From Pseudomonadota bacterium (GTDB lineage Bacteria; Desulfobacterota; WTBG01; CAIYCZ01; CAIRTM01), in the NCBI GenBank assembly GCA_024640785.1, contig JAHEEI010000002.1, forward strand, positions 1-43,416: a stretch of DNA of 43,416 nucleotides, in the 5' to 3' direction. The stretch's first letter is position 1. Every line of letters begins with the position of its first letter. A program made the position numbers and the translations under genes. Positions 35,721 through 43,416 of this stretch are shown here, in pieces. The notes under the pieces are model-generated. The model searched no databases. It was not told the origin of the DNA and saw only the letters and a program-made list of their open reading frames with translations.

Positions 35721-36800
35721 ATGAGAATCGTTCAAATCGAGAAACAGAGAGGCTGGGGAGGACAGGTCCAGCAGGTTTTTCTAATCGTCAAAGGTCTCCA
35801 TCAGCGAGGGCACAAGGTTCTGATGGTTTGTCAGCCCGACAGCAACATCGGAAAAAATGCTGCTGCTATTGGTGTAGAGGTTTTGTATCTACCTATGAAT
35901 AATTGGCGTCTTTTTACCTCCGCAGTTAAACTGGGCCTGTATTTAAAAAAAGAAAAAGATGTTATCCTTCACGCACATGGCTCCCGTGATCATTTGTTAA
36001 TAATACTTGCCCGGCTCATCTTACGCAAGGGTCGGGTTCTCCGCACCAAGCATAACGTCAATCCGGTTAAAAACGGGCTTTTACAATATCATTATTTAAC
36101 CCATAAACTGAGCGGCGTTTCAAAAGCGGCCTGTGCCACACTGGAAAAGGCCGGCGTCCCCCAAGATAAAATCAGCCTTATATACAATGCTTTTGATATC
36201 TCCTGCTATTTTCTGCAGGAACCGCCTGCAGCGATTTTAAAGGAATTTAATTTAGGCAAAAATGATTTTGTAATCGGCTGCCTCGGACGCTTAATCAGCC
36301 CAACCAAAGGGATTGAAACATTACTACATGGCGCAGCTCTGATTTTAAAAAAAATGCCGAATGCCTGCTTTTTAATCGCCGGACAGTCGAGCAAAGACCA
36401 TCTTCAGCTCGTAAAAGATCTTGGCATTGCTGACCGGGTTATCTTTCCCGGTTTTCGAAATGATGTCCCTCAAATACTATCCTGCATAGATATATATGTA
36501 CAACCCAGCCTTAAAGAAGCGCTTTGCTCCTCAATTATTCAAGCCATGGCAATGGGAAAGCCAGTCGTGGCATCTAATGTCGGCGGAATTCCCGAGCTTG
36601 TAAAGGACAACGAAACGGGACTTCTTTTTGAGCCAAAAAATCCTGAAGCCCTGGTCCAGGCAGTATTAAGCTTGGCTGAGGATGAGACGAGACGTCAAAA
36701 AATGGGCAGGCTGGGAAGGAGAAGAGCCTTGGAGGGGTTTACTCTTGACAGGATGATAGATAAAATTGAAAGCTGGTATCAGGCTGCCCTAAATGAATAA
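35721..36800 (+). CDS. Glycosyltransferase, family 4 (GT-B fold)
   Basis: C-terminal E-x7-E-type region (PSLKEALCSSIIQAMAMGKPVVASNVGGIPELV.DNETGLLF). I place the start at the ATG at 35721, 2 nt after the deacetylase stop. The longer ORF from 35529 overlaps the upstream gene and its N-terminus looks non-protein-like. Confidence 0.85.
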   Translation: MRIVQIEKQRGWGGQVQQVFLIVKGLHQRGHKVLMVCQPDSNIGKNAAAIGVEVLYLPMNNWRLFTSAVKLGLYLKKEKDVILHAHGSRDHLLIILARLILRKGRVLRTKHNVNPVKNGLLQYHYLTHKLSGVSKAACATLEKAGVPQDKISLIYNAFDISCYFLQEPPAAILKEFNLGKNDFVIGCLGRLISPTKGIETLLHGAALILKKMPNACFLIAGQSSKDHLQLVKDLGIADRVIFPGFRNDVPQILSCIDIYVQPSLKEALCSSIIQAMAMGKPVVASNVGGIPELVKDNETGLLFEPKNPEALVQAVLSLAEDETRRQKMGRLGRRRALEGFTLDRMIDKIESWYQAALNE

Positions 36801-37300
36801 TTTTTTCTTAATTATTAGATAACACTGCTGCAGGTTCTCAGAAAAACCATAAGCCTTTTCATCCGGAGCTTACTTCCCAGAAAAACTCTCACTGAATTCA
36901 GCATGCCATCTGCTTCCCTCGCGGAAAGTCAACCGTACTATACCTTGTTATTTCTCATTCATGAATATCAGAATTAAATTAATATAGGCATGCTTGTTAC
37001 AAAACGTCTATTTATCTATGCAGCCTGGCTAAAACATCCACTGGCAAACCATAAACAATGTAAAAATAAAGCGGTCTGAAATGAAAAAAATATTTTTTCA
37101 AGAAAAACATATTAAACAAAAGGAGAGAACGTCAGGGAGAATAATATGATGATGCGTTTGGAAAAGACTAAGACGAAAAAGCTGCAAAGGACTTATTGCG
37201 GGATTCACGGCTCTTTTTTTGAACCAAAAAATTATTCCAAATACCGATAAAATTTACCCATCAAGATAATGGCTATACGACATATTGTTTTTATATAAAT

Positions 37301-39202
37301 TTAGTCAAGCCCCAGTTTTTTCAGGGTTTCTTTTTCGGGCAGGCCGGTCTCAAGATTCCAGCCTCGCAGCGCATAATATTCATCCATCATCTTTTCAAAC
37401 GCTTTTTTATCAACAGCCTTTCCTTTTCTGGAGGTTACTTCCGCACCCTTGCCTGGAAGAAAAAGCTCGGGATTATACATGCCAAAAACATCCGCAATCA
37501 TCTCTTCACGTTCAATAAACATAAAATCCGGCAACACATCACTTTTGCGGCCTTTTCTTCCTTCACGAACAAGGATCAGCCTGTTCAGGGTAAACAGACG
37601 GTTTCCAGTAAGATCATACTCCTCCTCACCAAATACCTTCCCCGTAACTGCGGAAAATATCTGGGCCTCTAAGGTCGGGTCGCCCACATGGTCTGCACTG
37701 TCGGCAACATCATAAACAGGCCAGGCAAAATCACACAAATTTAAAGACTCCTTCAAATACTGCCTGTTTTGAACCTTAAACGCTGCAAGGGCCTTGCCTT
37801 CATAAGTTGAAAAATCAACTGCATGCTCACTGCCCCAGAATGCTTTAGCAATATTTTTCAAGACCTCTGTGGATACATAGCTCTTTTCACCCTTGGACAG
37901 ATACCACAGAGCCCACTTGGTCAGAGGTTCGCATATTTCATGCAGTTCGGTAATAAAAGGCCTTGGCTCTGTGGCATAAATAACCGCGGACATGGTGAAC
38001 ACCTTGGGCCCGTAGGCAATTGCACGTCCGCTTTCTGTAAGCATGTTAGCTGTAATGCTTGCTGACTTCTCGCCAAAGATTTTTGATGCGCGAAGCACTC
38101 CCTGAGAAAGAATTTCCCCAAAACCATCCCTGATGCAAATTTTCTTAAGCACTTCCTCCAGGAAATCCCTGCTCCCCATCTGTGAAAAGTCTAAACCCGT
38201 TTCTTTTTGATTAATTATTCCCTGCTGTACGCACTGATCAACCCACATCAGCAGAAAGACCATATCTAGAGCACACACCCCAAAATCATTTGCCAGCATT
38301 GGAGCGTCAAAGCTTGCCTCAGTGAATTTGCCGTGCAGTTTTTTATCCCACATCATGTAAAAATTTCCAATTTGGCATTTCCGGATATCCTCTGTTCCGA
38401 CAGGACTTCTGTGTAGAGACCGCCAGCATCCTTGGGGACAGCCACTGCAGTGAACCCGTTTCACCACTTCAGAACCGGGAAGTATAATCGGGTTATTAAA
38501 GAGATGAAAATAACCCTTACCCATCATTGCTTTAAGCCGGGTCCTGATAGCTTTTATTTTCTCATCATCAGCTGCAACAACCTTTCCTGTTCCATGCACT
38601 GTAATCGCTTTTAATTTTTTTGATCCCATAATCGCGCCAAACCCCATAGATGCGGTACTGCCTTCATCAGAAAATAAAATCGCAAAACGGATCAGACCTT
38701 CTCCGGCTGGCCCAATAGACAGAATACTGTGTTTATTGCTGGTTTCACCGTGAAGGAGCTCACGGGTTTTAAAGTTACCCAGACCCCACAAATGCCTGGC
38801 ATCTCTTATTTCCACATTCTCGTTCTCAATGCTTAAATAAACAGGATTTTCTGCCCGGCCTTTAATAATTATACCGTCATATCCAGACTTTTTAAGGACC
38901 ACCGCAATATGACCACCCATATTGGCACTTACAAAGGTTTCAGGATAGACACAGGGTGATTTTCCACAGGCCAGCAGCCTGGGAGCGGATGGGGCTTTGG
39001 TTCCAGCCAAAGGTCCTGTCATTAATATCAGGGGGTTCTCAGGGTCTAATGCGTCAGCCTTCCCCGAAGCCATATCCCAGTACAGTTTTTGCCCAATTCC
39101 AAGCCCGCCAATATAGGTATCTGAGTAGTCTTTGGTATCCAGAAACTCAATATTACCCGAAGTAAGGTCAACTGAGATTATCTTTCCTGCCCAACCAAGC
39201 AT
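37301..39202 (-). CDS. Aldehyde:ferredoxin oxidoreductase-family enzyme (tungsten/molybdopterin-dependent)
   Basis: N-terminal GWAGKIISVDLTSG, the AOR family [4Fe-4S] motif CSGCPQGC, and a length of 633 aa. AAGGAG lies 7 nt upstream of the ATG. Confidence 0.88.
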   Translation of the reverse strand: MLGWAGKIISVDLTSGNIEFLDTKDYSDTYIGGLGIGQKLYWDMASGKADALDPENPLILMTGPLAGTKAPSAPRLLACGKSPCVYPETFVSANMGGHIAVVLKKSGYDGIIIKGRAENPVYLSIENENVEIRDARHLWGLGNFKTRELLHGETSNKHSILSIGPAGEGLIRFAILFSDEGSTASMGFGAIMGSKKLKAITVHGTGKVVAADDEKIKAIRTRLKAMMGKGYFHLFNNPIILPGSEVVKRVHCSGCPQGCWRSLHRSPVGTEDIRKCQIGNFYMMWDKKLHGKFTEASFDAPMLANDFGVCALDMVFLLMWVDQCVQQGIINQKETGLDFSQMGSRDFLEEVLKKICIRDGFGEILSQGVLRASKIFGEKSASITANMLTESGRAIAYGPKVFTMSAVIYATEPRPFITELHEICEPLTKWALWYLSKGEKSYVSTEVLKNIAKAFWGSEHAVDFSTYEGKALAAFKVQNRQYLKESLNLCDFAWPVYDVADSADHVGDPTLEAQIFSAVTGKVFGEEEYDLTGNRLFTLNRLILVREGRKGRKSDVLPDFMFIEREEMIADVFGMYNPELFLPGKGAEVTSRKGKAVDKKAFEKMMDEYYALRGWNLETGLPEKETLKKLGLD

Positions 39203-39288
39203 TTAAATCTCCTTGTTAAGGGGGTGTTCTTTTTTTTATCAATAATATTACGATATCAGGATTTAAGAGTAAATATAATTAATGTTTG

Positions 39289-39317
39289 TTGACACAAAAC
39301 AGACTATCACTTATACT
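39289..39317 (+). promoter_or_regulatory. Near-consensus sigma70 promoter (TTGACA-17 nt-TATACT) for typA
   Basis: Read directly: TTGACA at 39289-39294, a 17-nt spacer, TATACT at 39312-39317. This implies a 5' UTR of about 105 nt. Confidence 0.5.
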
Positions 39318-39427
39318 ATAAAGTTAAACTGCGAGCCTTACTGAAAACCAACAGACTAGCCAAAGTATCAGCCAAAAACCTCCGGTCCTAATCGCAAAAA
39401 CATATAGAATAGGTAGTTGAAAACATA

Positions 39428-41266
39428 ATGATGAAAACGCTTGTACCTAATAAAAAAATTAGAAATATCGCAATAATTGCTCACGTTGACCACGGCAAAA
39501 CCACCCTGGTAGATTCCATGTTCAAACAGAGCGGTCTCTTCCGAAAAAATCAGGAAGTTAACGAACGAATCATGGACAGCATGGATTTAGAACGTGAAAG
39601 GGGCATTACCATTTCAGCAAAAAACTGCTCTGTTAACTGGAAAGATGTAAAAATTAATATTATAGATACCCCGGGTCATGCCGACTTCGGAGGAGAAGTT
39701 GAACGGGCACTTTCAATGGCAGACGGCGCAATCCTTCTGGTGGACGCATCAGAAGGGCCCTTGCCCCAGACCCGTTTTGTCCTTAGGAAAACCTTTGAAG
39801 CCGGCCTTCATGTAATTGTAGTTATTAACAAGATTGACCGTAAAGATGCCAGACCCTATGAGGTCCTGGATGAAATATATGACCTGTTCATAGACCTTGA
39901 TGCAACAGAAGATCAGCTCGACTTCCCGGTTCTGTATGCAAACGGTCGCGAAGGGTTTGTGATGGAGAAACTTGAAGATAAAACAGACAACCTCCACTTA
40001 CTTTTAGACACCATTCTTGAGGAAGTTCCTCCGCCAACCTACGACCCGAATGCTCCGCTTCAGATGCTGGTGTCGGATCTGGGGTATTCAGATTACCTGG
40101 GCCGTCTAGCTATTGGCCGCATCTTTAACGGTACGGCAAAGTTTAATGATCAGCTGATCTGTATCGATGATCAAAATGAAGCGCACCCGCTTAAAGTCTC
40201 AAAACTCCAGACCTATGACGGAATGAAATTTAAGAATGTGGAAAAGGCTGAGCCGGGAGAGATAATTATTTTATCCGGTATTGATGATATTACCATCGGC
40301 GATACGATCTGCAAAAAAGACTATCCAAAGCCTTTAAAACGGATCACAGTTGACGAACCCACTGTTTCCATGCGCTTTACCATTAACAATTCCCCCTACT
40401 GTGGAAAAGAGGGAACCATTGTTCAGTCTAGCAAAATCAGAGAAAGACTCGCTAAGGAAACCCTGCTTAATGTAGCCATCAAGGTCGAGGAAACACCGGA
40501 ACGCGAAAGCTTCATTGTAAAGGGCCGCGGTGAATTTCAGCTGGCCATCCTGATAGAAACCATGCGTCGCGAAGGGTTTGAATTCAGCGTAGGCAGACCG
40601 GAAGTAATATTTAAATATAAAAAAGACAAAAAACAGGAGCCCATTGAACACCTCTTCATTGACTGTGAAGAAAGTTTTCTCGGGGTCGTCACTGAAAAAC
40701 TGTCTGTTAAGAAGGGCAGAATGATCAACCTTGCAAACCATGGTAAGGGCCGGGTCAGCATCGAGTTTAGCGTACCTTCCCGTTCTTTAATCGGATACCG
40801 GGACGAATTTCTGACCGACACCAAAGGCACCGGTATTATCAATTCCAGCTTTTTAGGTTATGAAGACTTCAGGGGGGATTTTCCCGTGCGTTTTAACGGA
40901 TCCATCGTGGCTGACCGAACCGGCAATGCTGTTCCTTACGCACTTTTCAACCTGGAACCCAGGGGCCAGCTCTTTGTCATGCCGGGAGACCCTGTTTATG
41001 AGGGAATGATCGTGGGTGAGCACAATCGTGACACGGACATCAATGTCAACCCGTGCAAAACCAAGGCCCTGACCAATATGCGCGCTGCCGGAAAAGACGA
41101 AAGCATTATCCTTGCACCCATAACTCGCAAAACTCTTGAACGGGCCATAAATTTTATCAGGGAAGATGAAATGGTTGAGGTTACGCCAAAATCAATCCGG
41201 ATGCGAAAGACCATTCTTCCTGCGATTGATCGAAAATCTACTTTGACAATGAAACCGAAAGGTTAG
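39428..41266 (+). CDS. typA: Translational GTPase TypA/BipA
   Basis: G1 [10 protein letters not shown]3 DTPGHADF, G4 NKID. The EF-G-like domain order and the 612-aa length are typical of BipA. Confidence 0.93.
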   Translation: MMKTLVPNKKIRNIAIIAHVDHGKTTLVDSMFKQSGLFRKNQEVNERIMDSMDLERERGITISAKNCSVNWKDVKINIIDTPGHADFGGEVERALSMADGAILLVDASEGPLPQTRFVLRKTFEAGLHVIVVINKIDRKDARPYEVLDEIYDLFIDLDATEDQLDFPVLYANGREGFVMEKLEDKTDNLHLLLDTILEEVPPPTYDPNAPLQMLVSDLGYSDYLGRLAIGRIFNGTAKFNDQLICIDDQNEAHPLKVSKLQTYDGMKFKNVEKAEPGEIIILSGIDDITIGDTICKKDYPKPLKRITVDEPTVSMRFTINNSPYCGKEGTIVQSSKIRERLAKETLLNVAIKVEETPERESFIVKGRGEFQLAILIETMRREGFEFSVGRPEVIFKYKKDKKQEPIEHLFIDCEESFLGVVTEKLSVKKGRMINLANHGKGRVSIEFSVPSRSLIGYRDEFLTDTKGTGIINSSFLGYEDFRGDFPVRFNGSIVADRTGNAVPYALFNLEPRGQLFVMPGDPVYEGMIVGEHNRDTDINVNPCKTKALTNMRAAGKDESIILAPITRKTLERAINFIREDEMVEVTPKSIRMRKTILPAIDRKSTLTMKPKG

Positions 41267-41609
41267 TAGTTTTATTCCTTGCAGCACACTAAAAAAGAGA
41301 TAACGAATGTTTTAAAAGGAAATGATTATGGATTATTTTAAGGGTGCCAGAGATTATGTAATCTCTCTCAAACTGCAGAACAGCGTCAATGTCTCCACTG
41401 CTCTTGATAAAAAACTTTTATCTGAAAAATCAAACCAAGCACCAAAGCGCGTGAGGGCCTTTACGTTCTTTAAGGCATTAATTATTTTTTAAAAGAAACA
41501 AAAAAGTCAATCAGGGATTTTAGTTGGAACAATGAGGGGAAATAATATAATTTTAAGTTCGTGGATAATATTTGGACCTCCTGAACAAAACCAGGTGAAA
41601 CCTCAAGGC

Positions 41610-43416
41610 CTAATCCAGCTGAAATTCATCACGCCAGTTATTTTTCTCTTTCCACTGAGGCTGCTCTTCTTTTTTGAACAGGTAGTCGCCCATAACCAGA
41701 TAATCCATTTCTGTTCGCATAAAACAGCGATAAGCATCATCTGGAGTACAGACAATGGGCTCTCCTCTGACATTAAAGCTGGTGTTAACAATCAGTCCAT
41801 AGCCTGTTTTTTGCTTAAAAGCATTGATTACCTGCCAAAAGCGTAGATTTGTATTTTTGCTCACACTTTGTATCCTGGCCGAGTAATCAATATGCGTAAT
41901 CGCAGGGACGTCTGACCTTTGCCAGTACAGCCGATCATACATTTTTAATTTGTCATAATTCTCAGGATAAGGTTTTCTTCTTTTTTCCAGAACCGGCGCA
42001 ACCAGCAGCATATAGGGGGAGGAGCAGTCAAGATCAAAATAGTCTCTGATATCCTCTTCAAGAACAGCCGGGGCGAAAGGGCGAAACCCTTCACGGTACT
42101 TGATTTTTAAATTTAGTTTTTTTTGAGTATCCGGCTTGCAGGGATTACCGAGAATACTTCTGTTACCCAGAGCCCTCGGACCATATTCCATTCTCCCCTG
42201 AAACCAACCCACTACCAATCCCTGGTCGATAAGTTTTGCCACATTCTCACATAAACTGCCAAAATCTGGGAAGGTCTTATAAGGCGCAGTCAGTTTTTTT
42301 GCTGTCCTCTCTATCTCAAGCGAACCATATTCCGGGCCCAGATATGATCCAGACATTGCGTCCGGGAGCGGAGGTTTCTTGCGCGCTTTTCCTTTTTCAA
42401 TGTGCCAGGCCGAAAAAGCCGCACCAACCGCACCTCCCGCATCACCGGCAGCTGGCTGAATCCAAATATTCTTAAAAGGACCTTTTCGTAATAGTTTACC
42501 ATTAGCAACGCAATTAAGGGCCACACCGCCTGCCATAACCAGATTTTCACTTCCCGTAAGTTTTCGAGCAGTATCTGCAAGCATAAATATAATATCCTCG
42601 GTTACCTGCTGGGCAGCCAGTGCAAGATTCATATATGGCTGTGTCAGGTCTGATTCTTGTGCGCGTTTTTGTATGCCAAAGAGTTGTTCCCACTTTTTAT
42701 CGCGACACATGGTCAAACCGGCTGCATAATTAAAATAATCCATGTTAAGAAGTAAAGACCCGTCCTCACGGACATCAACCAGTTCGTCAAGTATTTTGGT
42801 CTTAAACTCTTTGGTTTCATCTGCGTCAATCAGACCGTAAGGCGCCAGTCCCATCAGTTTATACTCACCGCTGTTGACCTTAAATCCGCAATAATAGGTA
42901 AAAGCAGAATATAACAGTCCCAGAGAATGAGGAAAATCAAGCTCTCTCAGGATTTCAATCTGGTTGCTGCTGCCACGCCCAATGGTTGTTGTTGCCCATT
43001 CGCCCACACCGTCTATGGTAAGAATTGCGGCATTTTCAAAAGGAGAGGGATAGAAAGCACTGGCTGCGTGAGAAAGGTGATGCTCTGGAAATAATATCCT
43101 GATATTTCCGCCACCGATTTTTGCCAGCTCATCACGGAGCATTTTTCGCATAAAAAGTTTTTCTTTTATCCATACCGGTATGGCAGACAGAAAACTTTTA
43201 AGACCCTTTGGAGAAAAGCCATGATAGGTTTCCAGCAAACGCTCAAATTTCAAGTAGGGTTTATCATAAAAAGCGATTGCGTCCAGCTGGTCTAATTGCA
43301 GCCCAGCTTCTTCAAGAACGTATCTGGCCGCATGTAAAGGGAAATCACTATCATGCTTTTTTCGCGTAAACCGTTCTTCATGAGCTGCTGCGATAATTTC
43401 ACCATCTTTTAGAAGC
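41610..43416 (-). CDS. Carbamoyltransferase (NodU/CmcH family); 5' end beyond the right window edge
   Basis: The reading frame stays open to nt 43416. The reverse-complement translation continues upstream of the first Met as ...LLKDGEIIAAAHEERFTRKKHDSDFPLHAARYVLEEAGL...AFYDKPYLKFERLL, a typical NodU/CmcH N-terminal region. The HHLSHAASAFY and GGVALN motifs are present. Confidence 0.88.
   Translation of the reverse strand, partial: LLKDGEIIAAAHEERFTRKKHDSDFPLHAARYVLEEAGLQLDQLDAIAFYDKPYLKFERLLETYHGFSPKGLKSFLSAIPVWIKEKLFMRKMLRDELAKIGGGNIRILFPEHHLSHAASAFYPSPFENAAILTIDGVGEWATTTIGRGSSNQIEILRELDFPHSLGLLYSAFTYYCGFKVNSGEYKLMGLAPYGLIDADETKEFKTKILDELVDVREDGSLLLNMDYFNYAAGLTMCRDKKWEQLFGIQKRAQESDLTQPYMNLALAAQQVTEDIIFMLADTARKLTGSENLVMAGGVALNCVANGKLLRKGPFKNIWIQPAAGDAGGAVGAAFSAWHIEKGKARKKPPLPDAMSGSYLGPEYGSLEIERTAKKLTAPYKTFPDFGSLCENVAKLIDQGLVVGWFQGRMEYGPRALGNRSILGNPCKPDTQKKLNLKIKYREGFRPFAPAVLEEDIRDYFDLDCSSPYMLLVAPVLEKRRKPYPENYDKLKMYDRLYWQRSDVPAITHIDYSARIQSVSKNTNLRFWQVINAFKQKTGYGLIVNTSFNVRGEPIVCTPDDAYRCFMRTEMDYLVMGDYLFKKEEQPQWKEKNNWRDEFQLD

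Noticed and set aside
1-43416. CRISPR arrays, rRNA/tRNA genes, intact IS elements or prophage/defence-system gene sets.
   Set aside because: I found no regularly spaced direct repeats, no rRNA-like or cloverleaf-compatible sequences, no terminal inverted repeats flanking a transposase, and no nuclease/helicase/methylase-type gene clusters.

Overview
This is a 43.4-kb chromosomal segment, AT-rich by eye, with about 33 credible protein genes and no rRNA, tRNA, CRISPR array or intact mobile element that I can support. All homology calls come from reading the translations and recognising motifs; no searches were run. The gene content (class II RNR, tungsten-type aldehyde:ferredoxin oxidoreductase, FmdE-like protein, hybrid histidine kinases) suggests an anaerobic Desulfobacterota-like bacterium, which is inference.

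Left to right:
- CvfB-like S1 protein (partial)
- nrdJ (-), divergent from an RNase H-like gene
- flippase-like membrane protein and a HExxH membrane protein
- ychF plus a PurN-like formyltransferase (-)
- secreted alpha/beta hydrolase (-)
- DAACS symporter
- two tandem paralogous hybrid sensor kinases
- Nif3, fbp, smpB
- ATP-grasp and HAD pair
- ABC-F ATPase
- exported hypothetical protein
- minus-strand Mo/W block (25.0-32.4 kb)
- PilZ protein and a GGQ release-factor-like protein
- polysaccharide genes (UDP-sugar dehydrogenase, deacetylase, GT4)
- AOR-family oxidoreductase (-)
- typA
- carbamoyltransferase (-, partial)

The most interesting part is the Mo/W block. It holds two paralogous Moco/Tuco-riboswitch-like leaders, each followed by a strong intrinsic terminator. 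They control a TupA-like binding protein plus an outer-membrane porin, and then a ModA-like binding protein. No permease or ATPase genes are present. Next to them sit a single-subunit homologue of the Azotobacter molybdenum-storage protein (MosA/MosB type), an unknown basic 76-81 aa protein, and an FmdE-like zinc-ribbon protein abutted to yggS. I propose this as a riboswitch-gated tungstate/molybdate capture-and-storage module that probably serves the nearby AOR.

Secondary points:
- The tandem kinase duplication has degenerate first receiver domains.
- There are several unusually long non-coding gaps of 400-660 nt.
- The ABC-F gene lacks a Shine-Dalgarno sequence and abuts a hydrophobic upstream ORF.
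- An ArfB-like GGQ protein carries an extra C-terminal domain.
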